Shown piece by piece: positions 1-9,630 of a stretch of 64,000 nucleotides of DNA (within the stretch, counting starts at the first letter, position 1; each line of letters begins with the position of its first letter). This DNA is from a virus. The stretch lies in IMG/VR virus record IMGVR_UViG_3300028392_000065, positions 2,845 through 66,844 of that record, one strand, 5' to 3'. The notes beneath the pieces were generated by a model that was not told the origin of the DNA, searched no databases, and saw only the letters and a program-made list of their open reading frames with translations. The translations under genes were made by a program, and so were the position numbers.

Positions 1-73
1 CGCCACCAGTTAAAGCACCACCTACCACAACCTGCCCAACAGCATTGCGTCGATACTCACTTTGTTTACTCAT
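1..73 (-). CDS. 5' part of a cationic/Gly-rich head-region protein (runs off the window)
   Basis: ATG at 73 overlaps the end of 66..326; reads MSKQSEYRRNAVGQVVVGGALTGG, similar in style to the N-terminus of 55864..57078. Confidence 0.55.
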   Translation of the reverse strand, partial: MSKQSEYRRNAVGQVVVGGALTGG

Positions 74-326
74 AAACTGTCCCCACAACTAACTCTGAAA
101 TAATCGAAGCAAACACATCAGGATCATGTTTAGCGGCCATTAAAGAAACCTTGATACCTGCGCGAGCAAGACCTTCAAGCGCATCTTTAAAATCTAAACC
201 TTCAGCCTTACGCTCTTCTAAATAAATGTTCACAATCTTAGTAGCATCAGAATTATTGTCCTGAGCAATGTGTGAACAGGCCGCAGCAATAGTTAAATCT
301 GCCTCGTACATAACATGAGCATCCAT
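66..326 (-). CDS. hypothetical protein downstream of portal
   Basis: 86-aa ORF tightly coupled to the portal gene. Confidence 0.7.
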   Translation of the reverse strand: MDAHVMYEADLTIAAACSHIAQDNNSDATKIVNIYLEERKAEGLDFKDALEGLARAGIKVSLMAAKHDPDVFASIISELVVGTVYE

Positions 327-327
327 A

Positions 328-1875
328 CTATTTTCCTTGTTGCGGTGGTTGTTGCCCTTGCGCTTGCTGGGCCTGCATCTGTGCCTGCACCTCAGGTGGT
401 TGTTGATCCATCATTTCAGCCTGAACAAACTGTTGTTTAGCCTGCAAATAAGCTGTATTAGCTTGAGCAAACTGAGTAGCCTCAGAACGCATCTGCATTT
501 GGCGACGGCGCTCCTCTTCTTCCTTGTTTAACTTAGGCAAACGAGCAGCATCACGAACAAAGTTTTCCATAGTTGGGTCAGGGAACCAAGTAACACCAGT
601 AGAAGCCATAGAAGACATAAACGAAGCCAACTGGTTAATATCTGGGCTATCAACGTCACCAGGAACAATCTTAGGTAGTTCAGCAAGTTTCCAACCATTA
701 GCCGCAAACAAACGAGGAATTGCATAACGATTCAACGTATCCGCAATAGAACCCGCAATAGAGTTCAAAGACGTACGAAAGATACCTGTTTTGTCAGTAT
801 GCAAACTGTAAGAACCAGCGCCCTGATGGCCCACCATAATAAAATCAGCCAAAATAGTCATAAGAATGCGCTGCTCATAACGCTGAATAATGGCATCCGT
901 ATTAAACGAACGTGAACCACCGCCACCCATAAGTTCAAACGAGTACAAAGGCTGCTTCGAATCTTGATCGTAAGCCATAGGGAACACGATGCCCTCTTGC
1001 TCATCACGACGAACAGACTTGACCATACGCTTAAAAGCTTCAACAGTTTGGGCTTGCTGAGAACCGGGCTTAGCACGCAAAAACTCTGCTGGAACCTTAA
1101 CAATAGGTAAGCCCGCCAAGTCACGCTCAACACCAACAGCTTCATACTCTTCAAGACGCTTCTTCATATACCAAGGACGGTAAGAGTTACGAAGCATCGA
1201 CATACCCTCAGGGTTGCCTTTTAAATGACGGTAACGAAACAGTAACGAACGCTCAATAGGCAAAACTTTAGTTTCATAACGAGGAGGAGCCAACTGAATC
1301 ATCGCAGACACGTCACCAGTATCGTCAAAAGCCCAACGCAACAAAGTTTCCTGCGCACGAATAGGCATCTTACGCCAACCAATCATGCCATCCGTATACT
1401 TAGAACGCTTAGAAGAATCCTTTTCCCAAGGACCAACCCGGCGCTTGTACACAATCTCGTGCCAAGACCAACCGTAAACAACACACGTCAAAGCCTCAGA
1501 AATAAAATCTTTCCATGTATGCGACATATCATCCATACACGTTTCCACAAGCTTAGCCGCATCAGCATCATCCTTAGACTTACCAGCAGGCTCAACACGC
1601 CACTCAATGTTACGAAGCAAACGATCAACAACAAAAATCATTGACCCAACAAGAGGGTCATTCTCAGACATTTCCTTAAAGACCTGCACAGCCTTACGAC
1701 CACGCAACTGCGGAAGGAACTGCTCATCAATGTAACCACCAGCACGCTTAAGACCAGTAGAACCAAGTTCCATAAAAGGCGAAACACTCTTTAACTCTTC
1801 CAAAGCCTGCAAATCAGCCGGAGTAGCATTCAAACCATCTGTCTGACGATAAGCCAGACGAGCATCATCAGCCAT
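328..1875 (-). CDS. portal protein (DUF935/Mu gp29-like)
   Basis: 515 aa; motifs YGWSWHEIVYK, GNPEGMSMLRNSYRPW, ERDLAGLP, GSYSLH typical of this portal family; head-module position. Confidence 0.88.
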   Translation of the reverse strand: MADDARLAYRQTDGLNATPADLQALEELKSVSPFMELGSTGLKRAGGYIDEQFLPQLRGRKAVQVFKEMSENDPLVGSMIFVVDRLLRNIEWRVEPAGKSKDDADAAKLVETCMDDMSHTWKDFISEALTCVVYGWSWHEIVYKRRVGPWEKDSSKRSKYTDGMIGWRKMPIRAQETLLRWAFDDTGDVSAMIQLAPPRYETKVLPIERSLLFRYRHLKGNPEGMSMLRNSYRPWYMKKRLEEYEAVGVERDLAGLPIVKVPAEFLRAKPGSQQAQTVEAFKRMVKSVRRDEQEGIVFPMAYDQDSKQPLYSFELMGGGGSRSFNTDAIIQRYEQRILMTILADFIMVGHQGAGSYSLHTDKTGIFRTSLNSIAGSIADTLNRYAIPRLFAANGWKLAELPKIVPGDVDSPDINQLASFMSSMASTGVTWFPDPTMENFVRDAARLPKLNKEEEERRRQMQMRSEATQFAQANTAYLQAKQQFVQAEMMDQQPPEVQAQMQAQQAQGQQPPQQGK

Positions 1876-2619
1876 TTACATTCCGTTCATTCGGCGATAG
1901 CGCTCCATATCCGTAGCAGATTGGTTAATCTCCTGGCGGCGAGCACTTTCGTGTTTAGACCTAAGACCGGCAACAGTTTGACGGCGTGCACTGATAGTAC
2001 CACGCGAGCGTTCATGTGCGTAAATAGACCCTGCAGCACCCAAAATACCTGCAGCCATAACTCCAGTACCAGTACGTGAAATAAACTTACCTTGACGAGC
2101 CAACTTAGCACTTTTAACTCTTTGATCACCATGACGCTGAAGTTCATGCAAAGCAGCACCACGCAACCCAGAATCTTTACCTTCAGCAGCCAAACGACGA
2201 CCCGCAACAGTTAGACCGTGCTGAGCACGCGCTGCTTCATTAGCATGTTCGGAAACACGCAAAGGAAAACTTTGATGCTCAGAAGTAGCTTGCATAGTGA
2301 CATTAGTTCGAGGCTTAGGGCCAGAGTTCCATTTATGATAAGCAGCTTCATTACTACGATGTGTTGCCAAATCTTTCAAATTAGTACGGCGCTGACTATT
2401 TATGTCTTTAAACTTTTTAGCAGCATGCCGAGATTGAGCACTAGCGCGATCAGAGCGGTAATTAACCGTACCCCCATAAGCCTTTACACCTAAACCGGAA
2501 CCAGCAACACCTAAGCCAGCTTCCATACCACGGTTAGTTTGCTTCTTAGAAGACTTATCCCACTCAGAATTACGTCCAACTTCAGAGTTACCGCCAAAAC
2601 GTGACTGCGTAATTGTCAT
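1876..2619 (-). CDS. basic Gly/Ala-rich virion-associated protein
   Basis: 247 aa, R/K-rich with Gly-rich hydrophobic stretches; lies between TerL and portal. Confidence 0.65.
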   Translation of the reverse strand: MTITQSRFGGNSEVGRNSEWDKSSKKQTNRGMEAGLGVAGSGLGVKAYGGTVNYRSDRASAQSRHAAKKFKDINSQRRTNLKDLATHRSNEAAYHKWNSGPKPRTNVTMQATSEHQSFPLRVSEHANEAARAQHGLTVAGRRLAAEGKDSGLRGAALHELQRHGDQRVKSAKLARQGKFISRTGTGVMAAGILGAAGSIYAHERSRGTISARRQTVAGLRSKHESARRQEINQSATDMERYRRMNGM

Positions 2620-5600
2620 GACCCATTCCTTTTAGCCTTAAGTGATCCAACAGCAAGTGCTGCACCACCAAGTGCAAGACCCGCACCAAGATTACGTCCA
2701 GAAACTTGCATGTGGGGAACATTATGTAAAGCATCACGCGCTTCCTTAGCATCAATCTTGGCCTTGTTAGCCGCATTTGTTGCATTGTTAGCCAAAGATT
2801 CGTGATGCTGCAACATTTTGCGCTCGTTACCTGCCCTAAAGAAACCAAAAGGCTTAGAACGAGCAGCTTGATAACTGGCTTGAGAACTAGCAACATTCTT
2901 ATTAGCTTGGTTAGCGAGTTTTTTAGCGGCAGTAGCAGTAGCGTTCTTGGCATCAGCCGCAACAGGAGCAGTCGTAGGTAACTTGCCAGAATTACCCAAA
3001 GTCTTAAGACCATAAGCAGTAGTGCCAATACCCGCAACTAAACCAGTAGTAGAAGCCTTAGGTGCCCTAAAACCAGACTGGTTGCCATATTCATCGTAAG
3101 CCTTGTAAATCTGGCTACCCAGATAACCACCGCCAACAATAGAAGCACCAGCCAAAGCACGATAATCCCTATTTTCACCAAGATTAGGCTTAGGCTTCAC
3201 AGATTTAAGAGGTTTGTTCGTATTTTGGCCAACATGAACACCCTTGATTGAATAAACACCATTATTAGTAGGAACAATAGAACTACCAGGCTTAGAAGGC
3301 GCTGGGACAGCATTACTACCAGCACGAACATTAGTAGCAGTAGCGCGACCGCCAGTAGGGACAAGACCACCTGCTTTAGGACGAATAGCAAGTTCCTTGC
3401 CCTTAACTGCTTGACGATGGTAAGCCATACCAGCCTCATCAGCCATAGCCTTACGATCAACAGCAAACGTGCCACCTTGACCACCCGGAACAGCCAACTT
3501 AGTGCGAGGCCTAGCAGGAGCAACATCCTTTAACGGTGTACTTGTGCGAGGACCAAAAGCCTCTGCCCTTTTAGCATCTTTAGCAGCAGAAGCTTGAATG
3601 CTCCCAAGAATTTCTGCTGAAGACCGACCGCCACGAGCGCCTGACCTAGCACCTCGAACTGCATCAGCAGCACCCCGAAGCACACGCGAACCACCAAGCG
3701 ACGCCTTATTCACACCACCCTGCGACATTCTATGAGCACCATAAACACCACCAGTACCAACCAAAGAAGTACCGGCAATAGCAGCATCACGCTTCAACTT
3801 CTTAGTAGCCCCATATTTAACACTCATGTAAGGGATATTTTCAGCATCGAGCTTAGGCTTCTTAGGCACATAATGAACAGGATTTTCAAGATAACGCTGA
3901 CCAAGTTTAGTTTCAGCAAACCTATCTAAACGAACACCTTTATTTACAGTGCTCAAACGATTCTGATTGTACTTATGAGCCCCATAAGCCACCGCACCAA
4001 TAGCACCAACCCCAAAAGCAGCAGCACCAATACGCCTAGGAGTAAACCGAACATTACGAGTAGCAGTACCCTCAACAGAAGGAGAAGCAACAACAACCCC
4101 GTGTGTAGGTCGAACCAACGGCTTCACAGTGCTATGGCCATTAGCAGTAGCCGCAGCATGCTCCGCTTCCATACGCTCAAGATCACGAAAAACACGCTGC
4201 TGAGGATTCACCGAAGGCTTACGCTTCTTAGCCTTAGACACCTCATCATACGCATAACCAACTGAACCAGCGCCACCAAAACGTGACTGCTCCGCAAGGG
4301 TATCGTCACCAAAAGACTTATTAATACCTTGCTTTTTGTAGTGCTTAAGGTACTCATCCATGTGCTTCTTACGATGCAAAGTTTGACCTACCATACCGCC
4401 GGCAACCGCAGACCCATAACTAGCCGCAATAGCACCACCACCAATAGCCAAAAGATGCTTATTCTTAAGGTTAGCAATCTTATTTGGGTGCTTTGCAATA
4501 TAGTGGCGTGCGCCATATGCAGCGCCAGCCAAAGGCAAAGTGCCTAAAGTGGTACCAAGGTTTTGACTAGCAGCAGACCTAGCCCTTAAACCAGCAGGCG
4601 CTTGCTGAGCAGCTCTAGCCGTACCAATTGCTCTACCTGCAATAGGGATAGTAGACAAATAAGCAATCTTACGACCATCACGTAAAACTTTAGACTTAAG
4701 TTCTTGATCTGATTTATGCACACTCATAGCAGCAGCCTTTCTTTTAGCGTCAGCCTTAGACGAAGCGCCCCAAGCATTTAATGATAGCAATAAGCGAGTA
4801 GGTTCACCATTAGGTTTATGTTCGGGGCCCGGCATGTTACCCATACGAGCAAGAAAAGAAGCCCGACGAGGATTATTGCCAGCCTTAACTGGTGGCTTTA
4901 AATTATGACCCTCGGCTTTAGCAGAAGCACGACCCTTAGCGTTTAGGCCGCCATTAGGATTCTTGCCCTCTTCACGAGTCCACGCAGGAGTATCAAACTT
5001 TTTTACTTTATGAGCACCATAAGCGCTACCGCCCACCACAGTAGAAGCAACAGCCGCATCGGTTGCAATGTGCGCAACATGTGCCTCACGCGCATCTTTG
5101 ACTGGCTTCACTTTACGAGGGTCCCCAAATACATAATGTGACCTATGTGGGGTAAAACTAGATACACCGTCATAGCCCATACGTCGTGCCGTTGGCATTT
5201 CCCGAATGAAAGCACGAGACTTGCCGCCCATTGCACGTCGTTGTTGCCTATGAAGCATCTCTGCGTATAATCGTCTATCATGTTGATCAATGAACTTGGC
5301 ATCATGAGGAATTTGTACACGCACAACCTGAGGCTCTCCATTGCGCTTGCCCCTAGCATATTCATTGGCAAGATCACGGTCACGTGTTAAATAAACGCCC
5401 GCACCATTGTTACCTGTAGAGCGATTGCGCCCCTTGCGTGTCAACCCATCGCCAGGTGTATTATCCCCATCAGTTCGGCGTTTGTACGAACTTGACGTCT
5501 TGTAGCGAATGTTGGGGTCAGCCAATTTGAAACCGTCCGCATGAATCCTTGCCGCATCAGCACTGTTCGTACCGTGCAAGAATTCGTTAGGTGCCAAAGG

Positions 5601-5654
5601 CTTATGCGGAAAATAACGCTCAATTAGTTTGCGCTTGGCAGAAAAAGAAGACAT
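2616..5654 (-). CDS. large modular virion protein: N-terminal ADP-ribosyltransferase-like domain plus repeated cationic Gly-rich modules
   Basis: 1012 aa; FLHGT...GAGVYLT...ANEYA...GYDGV ART-like signature; a GGLNAKGRA...RRASFLARM phage domain; modules separated by [VI]xK[ASG]. Confidence 0.7.
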   Translation of the reverse strand: MSSFSAKRKLIERYFPHKPLAPNEFLHGTNSADAARIHADGFKLADPNIRYKTSSSYKRRTDGDNTPGDGLTRKGRNRSTGNNGAGVYLTRDRDLANEYARGKRNGEPQVVRVQIPHDAKFIDQHDRRLYAEMLHRQQRRAMGGKSRAFIREMPTARRMGYDGVSSFTPHRSHYVFGDPRKVKPVKDAREAHVAHIATDAAVASTVVGGSAYGAHKVKKFDTPAWTREEGKNPNGGLNAKGRASAKAEGHNLKPPVKAGNNPRRASFLARMGNMPGPEHKPNGEPTRLLLSLNAWGASSKADAKRKAAAMSVHKSDQELKSKVLRDGRKIAYLSTIPIAGRAIGTARAAQQAPAGLRARSAASQNLGTTLGTLPLAGAAYGARHYIAKHPNKIANLKNKHLLAIGGGAIAASYGSAVAGGMVGQTLHRKKHMDEYLKHYKKQGINKSFGDDTLAEQSRFGGAGSVGYAYDEVSKAKKRKPSVNPQQRVFRDLERMEAEHAAATANGHSTVKPLVRPTHGVVVASPSVEGTATRNVRFTPRRIGAAAFGVGAIGAVAYGAHKYNQNRLSTVNKGVRLDRFAETKLGQRYLENPVHYVPKKPKLDAENIPYMSVKYGATKKLKRDAAIAGTSLVGTGGVYGAHRMSQGGVNKASLGGSRVLRGAADAVRGARSGARGGRSSAEILGSIQASAAKDAKRAEAFGPRTSTPLKDVAPARPRTKLAVPGGQGGTFAVDRKAMADEAGMAYHRQAVKGKELAIRPKAGGLVPTGGRATATNVRAGSNAVPAPSKPGSSIVPTNNGVYSIKGVHVGQNTNKPLKSVKPKPNLGENRDYRALAGASIVGGGYLGSQIYKAYDEYGNQSGFRAPKASTTGLVAGIGTTAYGLKTLGNSGKLPTTAPVAADAKNATATAAKKLANQANKNVASSQASYQAARSKPFGFFRAGNERKMLQHHESLANNATNAANKAKIDAKEARDALHNVPHMQVSGRNLGAGLALGGAALAVGSLKAKRNGS

Positions 5655-6586
5655 TATTGTCCGCCCCCAAAAATTCCTTGATGTGTTTTAAGTTTTCTAT
5701 TACTATGCCCAACTAAATCATTTACATACTTTTGATGTTTAACAGCCTTTTTGTTATACATATCAATTTCTTTTTGAAGACTAATTATTGCCGCTTTATG
5801 CGCCGCTAATTGTTTTTTAGTTAAAGGTTTACGGCGACCATAAGGATCAGGTGACATCTCCATAAACAACCCTAATTGCTTATCTTCCAAAGGATAGGTC
5901 CACCGATTTACTTCTTCATCAACCATATTTTGTGTGTAATGAATCTTGTACTCATGATCTATTTTAGGCTTACCGCCATAATGAATTCCCTTAACAGCAT
6001 GTTTAGAATTATGAATAACATCAGACATTGAACCTTTTTTAGGTTTATGCCCCACATCTTCATTAAATCTATCTAAAGCTTGACGATTATATTTAGTCGA
6101 ACTGGTGCCATAAACACTATGCATAACTTTTGAATCATGCAAAGGAACTCTTGTTGTTCTTCTATTATTTGTATAATCAAAACCTTTTGGTACTGCATTT
6201 TTAATTTGCCGCTGAATTGCCCCTAAAGAATGCGCACCATTATGTTCATTAATTTCTCGGCCACCATGGCCCAAGCGAATATAACCCATACTTGGACGCC
6301 CAGTTTTAATTTCATGACGAAGCATGTTAGCAAACTGTGGATTGTGGTTAGGATCAATAGCAAGAGTCGTGTAACCACGCTTATGTGCACCCTCACGAAA
6401 CTCTCGCTTATGATGATTTAACTTATGCTCGACATACTCATCTTTAGTCATAACCAGCTTAGGCTTACCGCGACCAGTAACAACCAAATGATCACCGGGT
6501 TTTAATTTATGTTTGTTCTTATCAAACTCATAAACTTTAGATACTAAAGACTTGGCAATGTTACCCAAATCAGACAAAGAAGACAT
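5654..6586 (-). CDS. Lys/His-rich hypothetical protein
   Basis: 310-aa ORF coupled to both neighbours. Confidence 0.7.
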   Translation of the reverse strand: MSSLSDLGNIAKSLVSKVYEFDKNKHKLKPGDHLVVTGRGKPKLVMTKDEYVEHKLNHHKREFREGAHKRGYTTLAIDPNHNPQFANMLRHEIKTGRPSMGYIRLGHGGREINEHNGAHSLGAIQRQIKNAVPKGFDYTNNRRTTRVPLHDSKVMHSVYGTSSTKYNRQALDRFNEDVGHKPKKGSMSDVIHNSKHAVKGIHYGGKPKIDHEYKIHYTQNMVDEEVNRWTYPLEDKQLGLFMEMSPDPYGRRKPLTKKQLAAHKAAIISLQKEIDMYNKKAVKHQKYVNDLVGHSNRKLKTHQGIFGGGQ

Positions 6587-6588
6587 AA

Positions 6589-7023
6589 CTACACCAACGT
6601 AGACTTAAGTTGCCAAGCCCACTTCTGATGCATATCAATACGCTCAGCAATAAAATTGCATGCACCCTGTTGATTAACCGCATTTCCCTCTTTAAAAGCC
6701 TGCATAAGATTCAAAATAACACCATGGTTCAACTCATACAAAGCACGAACCATACCTAATGCATCCGAAGGATTCTTTTCTGTAGTTCCACGTAAAGAAA
6801 CAAACTCAGACAAACGAAAAGGGGCAGGCGCATCAAGCTTCCTTAAAATTTCAGCAATAGGGTCAATAGAACTGTAAACATCTTCATAAATCTCTTGAAA
6901 AAACTCATGCAACTGCGGAAAATCCTTACCCACAACATTCCAATGAAAACCATGCGCATGAGTGTACTCATTAAAAACATCAGCTAAACAGCGTCTCAAC
7001 GCCTCAATAAGTTTCGTGTTCAT
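6589..7023 (-). CDS. dps: Dps / ferritin-like DNA protection protein
   Basis: HGFHWNVVGKDFPQLHEFF...DPIAE ferroxidase signature and C-terminal HQKWAWQL. Confidence 0.92.
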   Translation of the reverse strand: MNTKLIEALRRCLADVFNEYTHAHGFHWNVVGKDFPQLHEFFQEIYEDVYSSIDPIAEILRKLDAPAPFRLSEFVSLRGTTEKNPSDALGMVRALYELNHGVILNLMQAFKEGNAVNQQGACNFIAERIDMHQKWAWQLKSTLV

Positions 7024-7268
7024 TACTTAGCCTGACTGTGATCTGAATCAATATGCTGTTCTAACTTAGACTCTACTCTATGCAAAGCCTTGATGACATC
7101 AGGCAAACTATTACCCCCATTAGCGTGGGGTTGAATAGCATAGGTCATTTGGTCAATGTAAGCCTTAATCGGCTTAACAATACCCCACTTAACTAAAATG
7201 CCACCCAACGTAAGGATGGCAACCAAAGCCCCAGCAACTTGACCGGCATGAATAATTGAACTATCCAC
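7023..7268 (-). CDS. single-TM membrane protein (lysis-associated)
   Basis: N-terminal hydrophobic helix, IQPHANGGNSLPD motif, next to the holin. Confidence 0.65.
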   Translation of the reverse strand: MDSSIIHAGQVAGALVAILTLGGILVKWGIVKPIKAYIDQMTYAIQPHANGGNSLPDVIKALHRVESKLEQHIDSDHSQAK

Positions 7269-7552
7269 TATGACTTCTTATTTTCTTGAACAGCAGACTC
7301 TAAAGCGTCCACAAAATCAGACAGGGACGGGGCTTTACCTTTACCAAAACGAGGATCATGAGGATTCAAAGCATCAACAACTACAGGAATTACTGCAACT
7401 ACAAGCAAAGAAATAGCAGGAGACAAATGAAAAGAATCAACACAATCAATGCCAACAGCAAGTAAGCCACCTAAAACAATCTTTAAGGCCGAGGCCGTAG
7501 GACTAGTAGCAAGCCACTTAAGAAAAGACTTCATACGAACCTCATAACACAA
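7268..7552 (-). CDS. putative holin
   Basis: two hydrophobic helices followed by LNPHDPRFG, as in actinophage holins; start may be at 7534. Confidence 0.6.
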   Translation of the reverse strand: MCYEVRMKSFLKWLATSPTASALKIVLGGLLAVGIDCVDSFHLSPAISLLVVAVIPVVVDALNPHDPRFGKGKAPSLSDFVDALESAVQENKKS

Positions 7553-7600
7553 GAAACAGATAATACAAGGCTAAACGCACAAAGCATCTAGTGCAATAGA

Positions 7601-9112
7601 TTAAAGGTAAAAAGCACCAACACCAGCAGTATCGTCAACAAGTTGTACCTCGCCTGTACGACCAAAGAACTCGTCATCACGCTCAAAGACAGGCGTAATA
7701 TCTTTAAACTTACTAGCAACATCGTCAGATTTCTTAACACCCTCACCACTAGTAGGTGGTGCCATACGCTCAGCAGCATGATGCGCTAAAGCAAAAGCTG
7801 CAACATCATCAGACAAATGAGCATTCCAACGACCAGGGTTATATACTTCCTCAACAGTCGTACCCTTATGAGCGTTAAATGCTGGAGTATTGCGAGGCAA
7901 ACGATACTTATCTTGCTCAACAGCAGTAATGTAATTAGTCAGCATCTCCGTGCGCTTACCGCCAGACATCACAAATTTAACCACACGCTCATCAACAAGA
8001 TCGTGAACCACATTGCCAATACCTGTAGCATCATGAACCGCCAAAGCCTGATACTCAGAAACCACACGATTAAACACACCAATCATGTCAGGCCAAGACT
8101 TACGGTTAAACCTACGATAGTAAACAACCCTGCGCTTATCATCATCAATACGATAAATAACAATAACCGTCTTATCCTGCTCCTTAGCCCAGTCAGCACC
8201 AGCCACATAAGTGCCAGTATTAGAGTGACGCTCAAAAATCCATTCATCATCATTACCAGAATGAGTTTCATCAATAGGAACCATGTCAATAAACGTTCTA
8301 TTCAACTTATCTAAATCAAACGCACGAGAACCACCAGCAGGCTCACCAAGCTCATACTCAACACGAAACATTTCAGCCGGCACAGACATACGCTTACGCT
8401 CAATAAAATCAGGATCCATCCAGCCATGAGGTTTTAACTGTTCCCTGTAACACCACGTACGAACAGGCATACCTTTCTTCAAAGCTTCATCCATCACACT
8501 AGAAAAAGTGCCAACAGGGTTCTGCCACGTACTAGAAGCCACAACCATTTCCGCTACCTCAACACCACGAGTATTAGGCTTAGTCATAGCCTGACCCATA
8601 GCGGCGTCATAAATCTTACGCTCCATTTCATCAATCTCATCCAACAAAGTCATCTGAGGGTGAGGGCCACGAACAGTCTTTTGAGACGCAGGCAAAGGCC
8701 GAATCCAATTACCACCAGAAAACGTAATCTGTGTCTTAATTTGGCTAGCAATAGCATGCCTTGGAGCAGTCCGATGCTGAAGCAAAGCCTCAACATGCTC
8801 ATGAATATTTTGTGACTGAGCCATAGACCCACCAAGCAAAGTCACGTTTATTTCAAGAATGGCAGCTTTAGTCAAAGCCAACAAAGCCAACATGTAAGAC
8901 TTACCTGTACCGCGAGAGCCATACCATAAAGCCCAGTTAAACTCATTACCAAAATAGGCTTCAGCAAAAGCGTCAAACGGGGCAGTGTGATCAGGGCAAA
9001 CCTGCACCCTAGGAAGTTCGACACCCCACAGTGCTTTAACTGTCCACCACAATTCTTCAGGGTTAGTTGGGGGTCTAGTAAGACTAAATACAGGTGCGTC
9101 TGTGTCTGCCAT
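7601..9112 (-). CDS. terL: terminase large subunit
   Basis: Walker A GSRGTGKS, Walker B LLDEID, nuclease motifs GADWAKEQD, HDATGIG, DDVAAFALA. Confidence 0.92.
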   Translation of the reverse strand: MADTDAPVFSLTRPPTNPEELWWTVKALWGVELPRVQVCPDHTAPFDAFAEAYFGNEFNWALWYGSRGTGKSYMLALLALTKAAILEINVTLLGGSMAQSQNIHEHVEALLQHRTAPRHAIASQIKTQITFSGGNWIRPLPASQKTVRGPHPQMTLLDEIDEMERKIYDAAMGQAMTKPNTRGVEVAEMVVASSTWQNPVGTFSSVMDEALKKGMPVRTWCYREQLKPHGWMDPDFIERKRMSVPAEMFRVEYELGEPAGGSRAFDLDKLNRTFIDMVPIDETHSGNDDEWIFERHSNTGTYVAGADWAKEQDKTVIVIYRIDDDKRRVVYYRRFNRKSWPDMIGVFNRVVSEYQALAVHDATGIGNVVHDLVDERVVKFVMSGGKRTEMLTNYITAVEQDKYRLPRNTPAFNAHKGTTVEEVYNPGRWNAHLSDDVAAFALAHHAAERMAPPTSGEGVKKSDDVASKFKDITPVFERDDEFFGRTGEVQLVDDTAGVGAFYL

Positions 9113-9146
9113 GAATAAATCCTTTTGCCGTGTGTATTTAATCTAG

Positions 9147-9217
9147 CACAGTCACTAGGAGTCGAACCTAGGCTATCGGTTTTGGAGACCGAGGTGCTAC
9201 CGTAACACTTTGACTGC
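9147..9217 (-). tRNA. tRNA-Trp (CCA)
   Basis: Cloverleaf: acceptor GCAGTCA/TGACTGT, D stem GTGT/GCAC, anticodon stem TCGGT/ACCGA with loop CT-CCA-AA, T arm CTAGG-TTCGACT-CCTAG, discriminator G; 3' CCA not encoded. Confidence 0.9.
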
Positions 9218-9528
9218 ATTGCAATGCAACAATTAATGCACTTTTGTTATATTTCAATGCAACAAATATAACAAAACCCAGCCATGAATTAACAGAGGAC
9301 TGGGTGTTTATACTTCCATAGTAACACTTACTTGATACTTTCCAAGTTACACTACTAATTTCACAGGTTCTACGCTACTAAAAGCACAAAACCCCTGTCC
9401 GGGCTCAAAGGTTTAAAATCGAGCACCGCAACAGGGGTTTTGGCAGGGCGGTATTGGTACACCATACGGAGCCACAATACTGCAGGTTAGTGAAGGCTTA
9501 TCCTAGGCAACCCACACTAAGAGAAATA

Positions 9529-9630
9529 TTACCAGAAGTTATGACCGGTCTTCATCCAATACAGCGTGTCTAAAAACAGAAACAAAGACACTGCAGCCCA
9601 AGCTGCTGCCATCCATACAATTAACTTCAT
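9529..9630 (-). CDS. 33-aa single-TM microprotein (not in the ORF track)
   Basis: ATGA overlap with the endolysin stop; MKLIVWMAAAWAAVSLFLFLDTLYWMKTGHNFW. Confidence 0.6.
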   Translation of the reverse strand: MKLIVWMAAAWAAVSLFLFLDTLYWMKTGHNFW

